Positions 37,693-48,116 are shown, counted from the first letter of the stretch. The stretch: 64,000 bases of DNA from Candidatus Woesearchaeota archaeon (GCA_016185615.1 JACPNE010000007.1:1760-65759), one strand, 5' to 3'. Made by a program: numbers and translations. Notes: generated by a model not told the origin, from the letters alone.

Positions 37693-38367
37693 TTGGAAAC
37701 AAAATTTCAAAAAAGAAATGTAGCATACAAATTATGGATTTCTAATTTACTTAGCGGAAGATTTGTCAAAACAGCTGGTGAATTTGAATCAGATTATGTG
37801 GAAATAAACAATTACAAAGTTTCTAGAGTAAACTTAATAGGTAGTGTTATATTTAAGTATGAAAGTGAAGATAAAAATTATTTGTCAATAACATTAGATG
37901 ATGGTACTTTTTCTATAAGATTGAAAACATGGCAAGAAAATACGAGTATATTAAGGAATATAAATCAAAGCGATCTAGTATTAGTAATCGGAAAAGTAAA
38001 ACAATTTAATGAAGAGATGTATATAACTCCAGAGATAGTTAAAGTATTAGATAATCCAAATTTAGAGGTTTTAAGAAGATTGGAATTATTAAATGAAATT
38101 GGAAAGCCAATTAGTTTACAGCCCGAGAATACAATAAATAATACAGACGATACAAATGAAAAAGCCATAGAAGAAATGCCATTTTCTGCCTCAAGACAGG
38201 CGATTTTGAATTTAATAGAATCTCTAAGCAATGACCAAGGCGTTAAGATAGAAGAGGTAATTGAAAAATCTGGACTTGGAAATGAAGCAGAGACAATACT
38301 AAATGAGCTGTTAAAAGAGGGAGAAATCTACCAACCAAAACCCCAATATCTAAAATTATTAGAGTAA
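37693..38367 (+). CDS. RPA32-like OB-fold protein with C-terminal winged helix
   Basis: VSRVNLIG, LDDGT..IRLK.W, LLKEGEIYQPKP. Confidence 0.85.
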   Translation: METKFQKRNVAYKLWISNLLSGRFVKTAGEFESDYVEINNYKVSRVNLIGSVIFKYESEDKNYLSITLDDGTFSIRLKTWQENTSILRNINQSDLVLVIGKVKQFNEEMYITPEIVKVLDNPNLEVLRRLELLNEIGKPISLQPENTINNTDDTNEKAIEEMPFSASRQAILNLIESLSNDQGVKIEEVIEKSGLGNEAETILNELLKEGEIYQPKPQYLKLLE

Positions 38368-38395
38368 AAAAACTTTTAAACCCAATATTTCTGTT

Positions 38396-38818
38396 ATGCT
38401 TATGACAGAGTTTAATTATGATAAGATACTAAGTAGAGCTAGAGATAAGCTTCCTGAGAAAGTTTTATCTAAAGATAGATTTGAAATTCCAAAAGTTAGG
38501 GGTCATATTCAGGGCGTTAAAACAATAATTTCAAATTTTAACCAGATAGCAAGCACTTTGGGAAGAGAACAGCAACAATTGCTTAAATATCTTCAAAGAG
38601 AGTTAGCTACTCCTGCTGAGATAGACGGCCCTAGATTAGTACTTGGAAGAAAGATAAGTGCTTCTTTGATAAATGCTAAAATAGAGCAATTTGCAAAAGA
38701 ATATGTCCTTTGTGTAGAATGCGGGAAACCAGACACAAAAATAATGAAAGAAGAAAATATATTTACATTAAAATGCACTGTTTGCGGAGCAAAACACCCA
38801 ATAAGAAGTAAGATTTAA
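38396..38818 (+). CDS. eif2b: Translation initiation factor aIF-2 beta
   Basis: RFEIP, RELATP, C-terminal CVECGKPDT...CTVCG. Confidence 0.95.
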   Translation: MLMTEFNYDKILSRARDKLPEKVLSKDRFEIPKVRGHIQGVKTIISNFNQIASTLGREQQQLLKYLQRELATPAEIDGPRLVLGRKISASLINAKIEQFAKEYVLCVECGKPDTKIMKEENIFTLKCTVCGAKHPIRSKI

Positions 38819-38819
38819 G

Positions 38820-39104
38820 ATGTATGTTAAAATACACAAAACAGAAGATAGAGAAATTGTAGCTATATGCGATGAAGAATTAATAGGAAAGAAATTTGAA
38901 GACAGTGGATTAGTTCTTGATGTAAATGAAACTTTCTATAAAGGCCAAAAATTAGATGATGATGCAACATTGGAAATTATGAAAAAATCTGATATTCTAA
39001 ATATCATTGGCAAGAAATCAATTGAATTAGCATTAAAAAATAATATAATCTCGAAAGAAAACATAATCAAAATAAAAGGAATTCCGCATGCACAAGTATT
39101 CTGA
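38820..39104 (+). CDS. DUF424 family protein
   Basis: VAICDEELIGKKF...FYKG...LNIIG pattern. Confidence 0.85.
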   Translation: MYVKIHKTEDREIVAICDEELIGKKFEDSGLVLDVNETFYKGQKLDDDATLEIMKKSDILNIIGKKSIELALKNNIISKENIIKIKGIPHAQVF

Positions 39105-39408
39105 TATTTATACAACAGATAGAAATTATCAGGCAATTATTCAAATCAGACCTAAGAATATGGAAGTTTATGATTTTGTTATTAATTTGATAAGAGAAAG
39201 AAAAAACTGTTTCATTAATAAAGAAGAAGAATTGAAAACAGGAATAGATATTTACATTAATGACAAGACATTTGCGGTAGCTGTGGGAAAAAAGCTCAAA
39301 AGTAGATTTGGGGGAACAGTAAAACTATCAAGAAAACTTCATTCTAGAGACAGACAAACAAGCAAAGCGTTATATAGAGTTACTGTTTGTTTCAGATTGA
39401 ATCAATAG
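39088..39408 (+). CDS. Short NMD3-related protein
   Basis: AIIQIR, GIDIY, GG.VKLSRKLHSRD...LYRVTVCFR. Confidence 0.75.
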   Translation: MHKYSDIYTTDRNYQAIIQIRPKNMEVYDFVINLIRERKNCFINKEEELKTGIDIYINDKTFAVAVGKKLKSRFGGTVKLSRKLHSRDRQTSKALYRVTVCFRLNQ

Positions 39409-39441
39409 TTTTATATATACAAATTAAAATGAAAGATAAAA

Positions 39442-39819
39442 ATGGACAATAAGGAGAAGGGAAGAGCTATACTACTGGGGATATTGATTGTAGGTGGTGG
39501 TCATTTATATATGGGCGAGATCAAGAAAGGTCTAACCCTATTTTCTGCCCAAGTATTGTTCGCTATTATCATGTCTTTCTTTATATTTTCACAAGAACTT
39601 TATCTTTTCATAGCCTTGATGGTTGGTTTGTATGCCTACTCTATATATGACTTGCTGTGTAACTTGGGGATTGTAAAAGAGAGCAACAAGATAAAGATAC
39701 AAAGCTTAAATTCACATCTTGAACAAAAAGGAACGGACAACGATATATCTGATTTGAAGGTTATAATTGTAGTAAGCATTTATATAGCTGTTATGGTGCT
39801 TATAATATGGTATAGCTAA
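39442..39819 (+). CDS. Hypothetical membrane protein (TM2-like N-terminus)
   Basis: GGGHLYMGEIKKGL plus three to four hydrophobic segments. Confidence 0.65.
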   Translation: MDNKEKGRAILLGILIVGGGHLYMGEIKKGLTLFSAQVLFAIIMSFFIFSQELYLFIALMVGLYAYSIYDLLCNLGIVKESNKIKIQSLNSHLEQKGTDNDISDLKVIIVVSIYIAVMVLIIWYS

Positions 39820-39881
39820 GGAATATAAAATGAATAAAAAATTATTGTTTCCCAAAGTTTTATAAATTAATTTCTTATTAA

Positions 39882-40199
39882 ATGATTATGGAACAGAACG
39901 AAGAGGAATTCAGAGTTAAGATTCCTAGGGGAAATGAAACAATCGGGGTGTTACAACAAAGGTTGGGAGCATCAAGAATGAGAGTAACTTGTCTTGATGG
40001 CAAAACAAGGGTTTGTAGAATACCTGGAAGACTAAAAAGAAAAATGTGGCTCAGAGAGGGAGATTTTGTATTAGTGGAGCCATGGGAATTAGGGGGAGAC
40101 GAGAAAGGAGATATAATTTTTAAGTATAAACCAACACAAGTAGAATGGTTAAAGAAAAAAGGGTACATAAAAGGAATAGAAGATATTGAAGAATTTTAA
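39882..40199 (+). CDS. eif1a: Translation initiation factor aIF-1A
   Basis: [31 protein letters not shown]. Confidence 0.96.
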   Translation: MIMEQNEEEFRVKIPRGNETIGVLQQRLGASRMRVTCLDGKTRVCRIPGRLKRKMWLREGDFVLVEPWELGGDEKGDIIFKYKPTQVEWLKKKGYIKGIEDIEEF

Positions 40200-40725
40200 G
40201 ATGTACCAAGAAGAAATAAAAATTCCTAAGGATAGAGTAGCGGTTTTAATAGGAAAAGATGGAAAATTAAAAAGAGAAATAGAAAAGTTGACAAATATTC
40301 ATATATATGTTGATTCTAATGATAGTCTTATAACCCTTAAGTCAGAGGATAGTGTTTCATTATTTGATGCTAAGCCGATAATAAGGGCTATTGCACGTGG
40401 ATTTAACCCAAAAATAGCAGAATTACTAATTGATCAGGATTATTCTTTAGAAGTCATAGACTTAAAAGACTTTGCAGGAGACTCAAAGAAAAAAATGATT
40501 AGATTAAAAAGCAGATGCATCGGCACTGGAGGAAAAGCAAGAGAGAGTATAGAACAATTAACAAATACACACATTTCGGTTTATGGTAAAACAGTCTCAA
40601 TAATAGGAAAAATTGAAAATGTATATCTTGCTAAGGCTGCAGTAGAATCATTATTAGGCGGTTCCCCACATGGTAAAGTATACAGAAGAGTACAAGAAAG
40701 AAAGAATAAATCTTCTGATAAGTAA
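40186..40725 (+). CDS. KH-domain rRNA processing protein (Dim2/Pno1/Krr1 family)
   Basis: [33 protein letters not shown]. Confidence 0.92.
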   Translation: MKNFKMYQEEIKIPKDRVAVLIGKDGKLKREIEKLTNIHIYVDSNDSLITLKSEDSVSLFDAKPIIRAIARGFNPKIAELLIDQDYSLEVIDLKDFAGDSKKKMIRLKSRCIGTGGKARESIEQLTNTHISVYGKTVSIIGKIENVYLAKAAVESLLGGSPHGKVYRRVQERKNKSSDK

Positions 40726-41536
40726 CATAAAAAAGAAAAAGGAATTCTCTGGAATAGATGATCAATTTGTTAGAGATTTAATTCATAAAAAATTAAATAA
40801 TAGAGAATTAGAAAATATTTATAACCATAATAAGCCGGAAAAGTCCAAGGAATTTAAAAATTCAGTAAAATTAATAAGAAAAATTTTACACGAGACTTAT
40901 GGTGTATTTAATCTGAGCAGAAAAAGAATAAAATTACTAAATCAATTAAAAGAAGAGATTAAAAAAACAAACAAAATTAATGGTCCAACAATTGATTTTC
41001 ATATAAAATTGTTAAAAACACATAAATCAACTAATGAGAGAGTTGATTATTATAATGAAATCTATGGAAGAATATTTAGCACAATAAAACCAGAGATTAT
41101 ACTTGACTTATCTGCTGGATTAAATCCGTTATCATATCCATGGATGGGTTTAAATAAAGTTAAATATATTGCTACGGAACTTACTAATGAGGATACAGAA
41201 TTTTTAGATGAATATTTTAAATCAATGGCTAAATTTGGTTTAGATGGGAAAACCTTAAATCTAAACTTATTAAAAACCCAGGAATTTCCCAAATCAGATA
41301 TATGCTTTCTGCTTAAAACATTAGATTCTTTAGAGACCTTAAAAAAAGGGATAAGTGAATCAATAATTAATAATATAGATACTAAACTGTTAATTATTAG
41401 CTTTCCAACTAAAACATTGTCCGGAAAAACAATAAATAAAAAGAGATTAGCGTGGTTTAATAAGCTGATTTCAAATTATTCTACTTTTGAAATAAAGAAT
41501 GAAATATTCTATATCATAGATAAAAAACTTTATTAA
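40670..41536 (+). CDS. ArmA/Rmt/FmrO-like 16S rRNA methyltransferase
   Basis: HKSTNER, ILDLSAGLNPLS, D..FLLK.LD.LE, ISFPTKTLSG. Confidence 0.78.
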   Translation: MVKYTEEYKKERINLLISNIKKKKEFSGIDDQFVRDLIHKKLNNRELENIYNHNKPEKSKEFKNSVKLIRKILHETYGVFNLSRKRIKLLNQLKEEIKKTNKINGPTIDFHIKLLKTHKSTNERVDYYNEIYGRIFSTIKPEIILDLSAGLNPLSYPWMGLNKVKYIATELTNEDTEFLDEYFKSMAKFGLDGKTLNLNLLKTQEFPKSDICFLLKTLDSLETLKKGISESIINNIDTKLLIISFPTKTLSGKTINKKRLAWFNKLISNYSTFEIKNEIFYIIDKKLY

Positions 41537-41560
41537 TGGTTTGGAAATTTTTATAATTGA

Positions 41561-43144
41561 ATGACAGAGAAGATAAAAGCAATAGAATTAGCGAAAAAAC
41601 AAAGGGAAATTTCGATTTCGGAATTCTTTACAAAGAATAGGCATTTATTAGGATTTGACAATCCAAGAAAAGCTTTACTTACTACAGTTAAGGAAGCAGT
41701 AGACAACTCTTTGGATGCGTGTGAGGAGATGAATGTTCTTCCAGAAGTTATTGTAAAAATAGAGCAGACTTCTGAAGAAAGATTCAGAATTTCTGTAGAG
41801 GATAATGGTCCAGGAATAGTAAAACAACAGATTCCAAATATATTTGCTAAATTATTATATGGGAGTAAGTTTCATAGCCTTAAACAATCAAGAGGACAGC
41901 AAGGAATAGGCATAAGTGCATCAGTAATGTACTCCCAATTAACAACAGGAAAACCAACAAGAATAATTTCTAAAATCTCGCCAAAAAAGCCCGCTAATTA
42001 TTATGAATTACATATAGATACAAAAAAGAACGAGCCAGAAATTGTAATTGACAAAGAAATGGATTGGAATAAAGATCATGGGACAAAAATAGAACTTGAA
42101 TTAGAAGGGATATATCAAAAAGGAAAACAAGGTGTAGAAGAATATCTTAAACAAACCGCAATAATAAATCCGCATTTGCATCTAATTTATCATTCTCCTG
42201 AAAATACAAAAATAGAATATCCAAGAGCAGTAGATAATCTTCCAGTTGAACCTAAAGAAATTAAGCCACACCCATATGGTGTTGAACTTGGTATGCTAAT
42301 AAATATGATGAAAGAATCCAAGTCAAGAAATATTTCATCTTTTTTATCCACGGATTTTTCAAGAGTAAGTCCGAATTTAGCAAAAGAGTTATGCAATAAA
42401 GCGGGAATATCCGATAAAACACACCCAAGTAAGGTTTCAAGAGAAGAAGCAGATAAATTACTTAAAGTTATAAGGGAAACAAAAATAATCTCCCCTCCAA
42501 CAAACTGTTTATCTCCGATAGGAGAAGAGCTTATGCTAAAAGGATTAAAAAAAGAGATAAATGCAGATTTTTATGCCGCAGTCACTAGACCCCCATCAGT
42601 CTACAGGGGTAATCCATTCCTTGTAGAAGCAGCAATAGCATATGGCGGAGATTTGCCAAAAGAAGATTTAGTCAGGGTATTAAGATTTGCCAATAGGGTT
42701 CCATTATTATATCAACAAAGCGCATGCGCATCAACAAGATCCATAATTCAAACTTCATGGAATAATTATGGACTTAGTCAAAGCAAAGGTGCTCTGCCTT
42801 CTGGACCAGTATTAATTTTAGTTCATGTTGCTTCTGTATGGGTTCCATTCACATCAGAATCAAAAGAAGCCATTGCACATTATCCGGAAATAATAAAAGA
42901 GATGAAGTTAGCATTACAGGAATGCGGAAGGAAAGTCTCAAGCTATATAAGAAAAACAGTTAAAGCCAGAGAACAAAAAGAAAAGATAAGCTTATTTGAA
43001 AAATATATTCCAGAATTGGCTGCTGCTTTAAGTGACCTTAGTGATGAGAAAAAATCAGTGATAGAAGAAGATCTTAAAAAAATACTTAAGAAAGGAATGA
43101 AGAATCTATTAGCAGAAATAGCGGAAACTAAAGAGGAGAAATAA
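41561..43144 (+). CDS. top6B: DNA topoisomerase VI subunit B
   Basis: EAVDNSLDA, EDNGPGI, SRGQQGIGIS, RFANRVPLL. Confidence 0.97.
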   Translation: MTEKIKAIELAKKQREISISEFFTKNRHLLGFDNPRKALLTTVKEAVDNSLDACEEMNVLPEVIVKIEQTSEERFRISVEDNGPGIVKQQIPNIFAKLLYGSKFHSLKQSRGQQGIGISASVMYSQLTTGKPTRIISKISPKKPANYYELHIDTKKNEPEIVIDKEMDWNKDHGTKIELELEGIYQKGKQGVEEYLKQTAIINPHLHLIYHSPENTKIEYPRAVDNLPVEPKEIKPHPYGVELGMLINMMKESKSRNISSFLSTDFSRVSPNLAKELCNKAGISDKTHPSKVSREEADKLLKVIRETKIISPPTNCLSPIGEELMLKGLKKEINADFYAAVTRPPSVYRGNPFLVEAAIAYGGDLPKEDLVRVLRFANRVPLLYQQSACASTRSIIQTSWNNYGLSQSKGALPSGPVLILVHVASVWVPFTSESKEAIAHYPEIIKEMKLALQECGRKVSSYIRKTVKAREQKEKISLFEKYIPELAAALSDLSDEKKSVIEEDLKKILKKGMKNLLAEIAETKEEK

Positions 43145-44229
43145 TGCCAGAAGAAGATTCAAAAAACTCATTGAAAAAATTCGGGAAAAAAATAGTTGAA
43201 CAAACTAAAAAAGGCAAAAATCCAGAAATTAAATTGCCTCTGAGAAATTTAAGTAATATAATCTACGATAAAAAGTCTAGAACATTGACATTAGGAAACA
43301 AAGAAGGCACAAGAAACTTTTTCAATGTTGCTCATGCAAAGAAATTTTTACAAACTATAGAAGTTGCCAGCTTGATAAAAAAAGAACTTTTGAATACAGG
43401 TAAACACGAACATCTTAGAGGGGTCTTCTATATGACTAAAAGGACAATTCCCGGGACTAATGTCAATCTTGTTGATGAGCAAGTAGAGAGCGATAAAGCA
43501 ATAGAAGATTTAGAGGTAATAACGGGATTGTCAAGGGAACAATTACATGTTTCTGCCAATAAAATGGGTAGTATGGTTGGTAACATTATAATAAAAGATA
43601 CAGGAGATACAATAGACTGTTCCAAACTAGGAAGAGGTGGATATTCAATTCCTTCAATTACGGATGAATTAAGCTTTAGCAAAGTTAATGCTGATTATAT
43701 ATTATATATGGAAAAAGCAGCAATATTTGAAAGATTAAATGAGGATAAATTCTGGAAAAAAAACAATTGTATATTAGTTACATCACAAGGTCAGACAACC
43801 AGGGGAATAAGAAGGCTTCTACAAAGATTATATGAAGAGAAAAAACTTCCAATATATGTAATGACTGACTTTGATGCTTGGGGATTTTATATTTATTCTG
43901 TAATAAAATATGGATCAATAGCATTAGCACATGCCTCAGAAAAATTAACTATTCCTGGGGTTAAATTTCTCGGTATAACAGCAGATGATATTGAGAAATA
44001 TGACTTAAAGAAACATTTAATCAAATTAAATGATCAAGATATAAAAAGAATAAAACAAGTTGTTGATTATGACTGGTTTAAGGATAATAAAGACTGGCAA
44101 AGACAGCTTAAAATGATGAAGCAGATGAATGCAAAAGCAGAGATTCAGGCACTATCATCTAAGGGGATAAGTTTTATATCCGAGGAATATCTGCCAGAAA
44201 AGATAAAAAAGAAGGATTTTTTGGATTAA
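43144..44229 (+). CDS. top6A: DNA topoisomerase VI subunit A
   Basis: LRGVFY, EKAAIFERL, DFDAWG, KAEIQAL. Confidence 0.96.
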   Translation: MPEEDSKNSLKKFGKKIVEQTKKGKNPEIKLPLRNLSNIIYDKKSRTLTLGNKEGTRNFFNVAHAKKFLQTIEVASLIKKELLNTGKHEHLRGVFYMTKRTIPGTNVNLVDEQVESDKAIEDLEVITGLSREQLHVSANKMGSMVGNIIIKDTGDTIDCSKLGRGGYSIPSITDELSFSKVNADYILYMEKAAIFERLNEDKFWKKNNCILVTSQGQTTRGIRRLLQRLYEEKKLPIYVMTDFDAWGFYIYSVIKYGSIALAHASEKLTIPGVKFLGITADDIEKYDLKKHLIKLNDQDIKRIKQVVDYDWFKDNKDWQRQLKMMKQMNAKAEIQALSSKGISFISEEYLPEKIKKKDFLD

Positions 44230-45216
44230 ATGAAACATAAACTCTTGATATCATTTTTTCTAATTTTGATATTTGTTTCTATCTTTTTAGGCTTTGGATA
44301 TACTGGAAAGGTTTCTGAATATATAGCTCCGGATGAACAAGGCTCGATTGATGTTTATTTTTGCCCAACCGATAATTGCAGGGAAGTTTACTCAAACATA
44401 ATTAAAGACTCAAATAATATTAATTGTGCTATATTTGAAATGGACTCAATTATTCAGGAATTTGATAGGAAATCTTCTGTTACAAATGTTAAAATTGTGT
44501 CGGACAATTCAGCCAAACATAAATTAAGTAATTTTAGTTTTGTGAGATTTGACAACAATAATCAACTAATGCATAATAAATTCTGTTTATTTGAAAAAAA
44601 CAACAAAAAATTTATTCTAACTGGGTCTTTGAATCCCACAGAAAACGGATTTAATAAGGATAGAAATAATCTTGTTGTTATAGAGTCTAGTTATTTATAT
44701 GGGAATTATAGAGAAGAATTTAATGAATTGTGGAATGGTTTTTATGGAGAAGGAGAAAAGGTTCAATATCCAAGGATTTATTTTAATGGGTTCTTATTAG
44801 AAAACTATTTTTGCCCAGAAGATGAATGTGAATCAAGACTATTTAATTTGATAAAGAACTCCAATGAAAGAATATATTTCATGACCTTTTCGTTTACTTC
44901 AGATACGATTGGAGATTATATCATAAAGAAATCCTCAGAAGGTATAGATGTTAAAGGAATATTTGATAAGTTAAAAGATGATAAGTATTCGGAATTTAGT
45001 AAGATGAAAGAAAAGAAACTAAATGTTAAAGTCTATGAAGGTGCATTATTGCATCATAAAGTTTTTATCGTAGATGATACAGTATTGTTTGGGAGCTATA
45101 ATCCAACAAGTTCTGGTGATGAAAGGAATGATGAAAACATTATTATAATTCATAATAAGGAAATAGCCGATAAATTTGTTAAGGAATTAAATTATTTATT
45201 TGAAAATGGAAAATAA
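44230..45216 (+). CDS. Phospholipase D-superfamily protein with N-terminal membrane anchor
   Basis: HNKFCLFE...GSLN and HHKVFIVD...GSYN HKD-type motifs. Confidence 0.88.
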   Translation: MKHKLLISFFLILIFVSIFLGFGYTGKVSEYIAPDEQGSIDVYFCPTDNCREVYSNIIKDSNNINCAIFEMDSIIQEFDRKSSVTNVKIVSDNSAKHKLSNFSFVRFDNNNQLMHNKFCLFEKNNKKFILTGSLNPTENGFNKDRNNLVVIESSYLYGNYREEFNELWNGFYGEGEKVQYPRIYFNGFLLENYFCPEDECESRLFNLIKNSNERIYFMTFSFTSDTIGDYIIKKSSEGIDVKGIFDKLKDDKYSEFSKMKEKKLNVKVYEGALLHHKVFIVDDTVLFGSYNPTSSGDERNDENIIIIHNKEIADKFVKELNYLFENGK

Positions 45217-45703
45217 TAAATTACATTATGTTGTTGCTACTGCAATAATTGTAAAAGGAGATAAATACTTAATTCTTAAAAGAAGTGATAGAGAGAAAGC
45301 ATATCCTGGAAGATGGACTGTTCCTGGCGGAAAATTAGAAAGAAAAGATTATGAGAATAAACTGCCTACAAAACAAAACGATAAAAATTGGTATGGTGTT
45401 ATTGAAGAATTAATAAAAAGAGAAGTCAAGGAAGAAACTAACTTAGAAGTCAAAGATATAAAATATTTAATTGATATGACTTTCATTCGCCCAGATAACA
45501 TTCCAGTCGTTGTTTTAAGTTATTATTGTATGTATAATTCAGGTGAAACCAAAATAAGTAGTGATTTTACTGACTTCAAATGGGTAAATATAGACGAAGC
45601 TAAAAATTTTAATTTAATAGAAGGGATATATGAAGAACTTGAGATGGTAGAAGACATATTAAATGGAAAAGAAATAAAAAGATTTGAAAAATTCAAATCT
45701 TAA
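45200..45703 (+). CDS. NUDIX hydrolase
   Basis: WTVPGGK...REVKEETNL. Confidence 0.9.
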   Translation: MKMENNKLHYVVATAIIVKGDKYLILKRSDREKAYPGRWTVPGGKLERKDYENKLPTKQNDKNWYGVIEELIKREVKEETNLEVKDIKYLIDMTFIRPDNIPVVVLSYYCMYNSGETKISSDFTDFKWVNIDEAKNFNLIEGIYEELEMVEDILNGKEIKRFEKFKS

Positions 45704-45933
45704 CAACATGCTTTTGAAAAACTAAACATTATTTTCTTTAATCCCCATAATAAAACTATTACTGCTAATGCTTCGTTTAACGACCATGTTCCAACCCACA
45801 ATGACCATGCAACCCATAATAGAATTAATCCCATCACCAAAGTGACAACCTTCATTGCTTGACTGCATTTACAACTCATACCACCACAATGGATGCATAC
45901 ATCCCCATTACTCTTCTTTGTTTTTGATACCAT
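45700..45933 (-). CDS. Small Cys-rich membrane protein
   Basis: CIHCGGMSCKC followed by two TM segments. Confidence 0.6.
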   Translation of the reverse strand: MVSKTKKSNGDVCIHCGGMSCKCSQAMKVVTLVMGLILLWVAWSLWVGTWSLNEALAVIVLLWGLKKIMFSFSKACC

Positions 45934-46026
45934 TAAATCACCTCTACTCTAAAATATATTTTGTAATTTTTAAATATTCTCTTCATAGAAACGTTTTTAA
46001 ATTATCTAAGAGGAGAGTTCTTTTAT

Positions 46027-46099
46027 GCCTCAGTAGCTCAGCAGGTAGAGCACATGGCTGTTAACCATGGGGTCGGAAGTTCGAGTCTTCCCTGGGGCG
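46027..46099 (+). tRNA. tRNA-Asn(GTT)
   Basis: GCCTCAG/CTGGGGC acceptor; CATGG-CTGTTAA-CCATG. Confidence 0.96.
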
Positions 46100-46106
46100 T
46101 TTTTGG

Positions 46107-46196
46107 GGGCCCGTGGCTTAGTTTGGTTAGAGCACTCGACTGATAAAATTTAATTAAGAAATCGAGAGGTCCGCAGTTCGAATCTGCGCGGGCCCA
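46107..46196 (+). tRNA. tRNA-Ile(GAT) with canonical 37/38 intron (46146-46160)
   Basis: GGGCCCG/CGGGCCC acceptor; CTCGA-CTGATA-[15 nt]-A-TCGAG. Confidence 0.93.
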
Positions 46197-46205
46197 TCTT
46201 AAGAG

Positions 46206-46532
46206 TTATCTTACTTTTTCTCCACTAATAAAATTTTTATCTAATGTTAATAATATTCTTGAGTTTTCATCTTCTCCAACCGCTAACAACATTCCTTGAC
46301 TTTCTATTTCCCTAATTTTTATTGGTTCTAAATTAGCTATCACAATTATCATCTTTCCAATCAACTCTTCTTTAGAATAACTTTTCTTTATTCCGGCAAT
46401 AATTTGCCTTTCTTCCCCAATATCAACTTTTAGAATATACAACTTATCAGCATTTGGATGATCTTTTACTTCCAATATTCTTCCTGATCTTAAATCAAGC
46501 TTTTCCCAATCCTCAAATTTTATTTTGTTCAT
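46206..46532 (-). CDS. Stand-alone tRNA-binding OB-fold (Trbp111 / MetRS C-terminal domain)
   Basis: LDLRSGRILEV.DHPNADKLY...ANLEP...SQGMLLA. Confidence 0.92.
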   Translation of the reverse strand: MNKIKFEDWEKLDLRSGRILEVKDHPNADKLYILKVDIGEERQIIAGIKKSYSKEELIGKMIIVIANLEPIKIREIESQGMLLAVGEDENSRILLTLDKNFISGEKVR

Positions 46533-48001
46533 TCTATCTTATTGAATAATATTCCTTCTTTCTTGACTTTATAAGATTTAATCAAACCAAATCTGCATTC
46601 ATCCAACAATCCATTTTTTATTCCCAATTGTTTATTCAATTTTCTGCTTGTTTCTGGAATAAATGGGCTAATCAAAATGCTTATTATCCTTAAACTTTCC
46701 AAAAGAGTATAAAGATGTTTTTCCTGCTCTTTATCTTTAAGTTCCCATATCTTCTCTTCATTAATGTGCTTATTGCATTCTGATATAAACCTAAAAATTT
46801 CAGATAATGCATTATGTAGCTCAAATTTATCCATACAATCATGGATTTTTTTAAGGTTTAATCTATCAATCAATTTTTTATCCAAAACAGATTTCTTAAT
46901 CTCCCCATTAAAATTTTTCTCAGCTAAAGTGAGTATTCTGCTGACTAGATTGCCCAACTCATTGGCTAATTCATTGTTTATTCTAATTTTAAGAATACCC
47001 TCATTAACATCACCATCTTGGCCAAATGGAATCTCCCTTATTAGATAATATCTCAATTGATCCGCACCATATTTATCAACAAAGAATTTTGGATTTACAA
47101 CATTACCAAGGCTTTTTCCTATTTTTTTCCCATTGACAGTTAAATATCCATGTACAAGAATTGTTTTTGGAGTTTTTATTTTAGCTGACATCAACATTCC
47201 GGGCCAGATAACACTATGAAACCAGTTTATTCCTTTGCCAATTAGATGAACATCGGCAGGCCAGAATTGCTTAAATTTTTCTCCTTCTGGATAATCAACT
47301 CCGGAAACATAATTTATCAGAGCATCAAACCAAACATAAATTACATGTTTCTCATCTATGGGCGTTTTAATTCCCCATTCTTTATTAATCCTGCTTACAC
47401 TTAAATCCTTAAGTTCATCATCTTTTAATCTCGATAGAATATCATTTCTTTTTTCTTTTGGCAATATAAAATCTTTTGATTCAACTAATTTTATTAATTT
47501 GTTTCTATATTTTGAAAGTTTGAAGAAATAGCTCTCTTCTTTTATTAGTTTTAATTCTTGATTATGCTCCGGACATTTTCCATCCACTAATTCCTTTTCT
47601 GTTTTAAATTCTTCACACCCAGTACAATATAATCCTTCATAATTGCTCTTGTAGATATCTCCCTTTTCATACACTGATCTAAATATATCTCTTGCGATCC
47701 TTTTATGTTTACTTTCAGTAGTTCTTATAAAATGATTATAGCTTATATTGAGAATTTTACAAAGTTCTTTAAATTTTTCAGCATTTTCATCAACAAACTC
47801 TTTTGTATCTTTATTTACTTTTTTGGCAGCCTCCTCATTTTTTTGGGCATTATCATCAGTTCCAGTCAAAAAGAAAACATCTTCTTCCTTTAATCTATGC
47901 CATCTTGCTAATACATCTGCTAATATCTTCTCATATGCATGGCCAATATGTGGTTCAGCATTCACATAATCTATAGCAGTTGTAATATAAAATTTTTTCA
48001 T
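46529..48001 (-). CDS. metG: Methionine--tRNA ligase (short form)
   Basis: FYITTAIDYVNAEPHIGHAY, GTDD, YVWFDAL, KIGKS in place of KMSKS. Confidence 0.96.
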   Translation of the reverse strand: MKKFYITTAIDYVNAEPHIGHAYEKILADVLARWHRLKEEDVFFLTGTDDNAQKNEEAAKKVNKDTKEFVDENAEKFKELCKILNISYNHFIRTTESKHKRIARDIFRSVYEKGDIYKSNYEGLYCTGCEEFKTEKELVDGKCPEHNQELKLIKEESYFFKLSKYRNKLIKLVESKDFILPKEKRNDILSRLKDDELKDLSVSRINKEWGIKTPIDEKHVIYVWFDALINYVSGVDYPEGEKFKQFWPADVHLIGKGINWFHSVIWPGMLMSAKIKTPKTILVHGYLTVNGKKIGKSLGNVVNPKFFVDKYGADQLRYYLIREIPFGQDGDVNEGILKIRINNELANELGNLVSRILTLAEKNFNGEIKKSVLDKKLIDRLNLKKIHDCMDKFELHNALSEIFRFISECNKHINEEKIWELKDKEQEKHLYTLLESLRIISILISPFIPETSRKLNKQLGIKNGLLDECRFGLIKSYKVKKEGILFNKIE

Positions 48002-48039
48002 CTCTAAAACTTATTATATTACTTATTTAAAATTTGCTA

Positions 48040-48110
48040 TGCGGCTTGCGGGAATCGAACCCGCGTTTCAAGCTTGGGAAGCTCGCATTCTACCACTAAA
48101 CTAAAACCGC
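48040..48110 (-). tRNA. tRNA-Gly(CCC)
   Basis: GCGGTTT/AAGCCGC acceptor; CGAGC-TTCCCAA-GCTTG. Confidence 0.94.
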
Positions 48111-48116
48111 AAAATA

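Noticed and set aside
40670-41536. Recently acquired clinical armA/rmt resistance cassette
   Set aside because: No IS or integron flanks, native AT content, and overlap with a core biogenesis gene.
45855-46064. 69-aa plus-strand ORF
   Set aside because: Runs into tRNA-Asn and overlaps a more plausible minus-strand gene.
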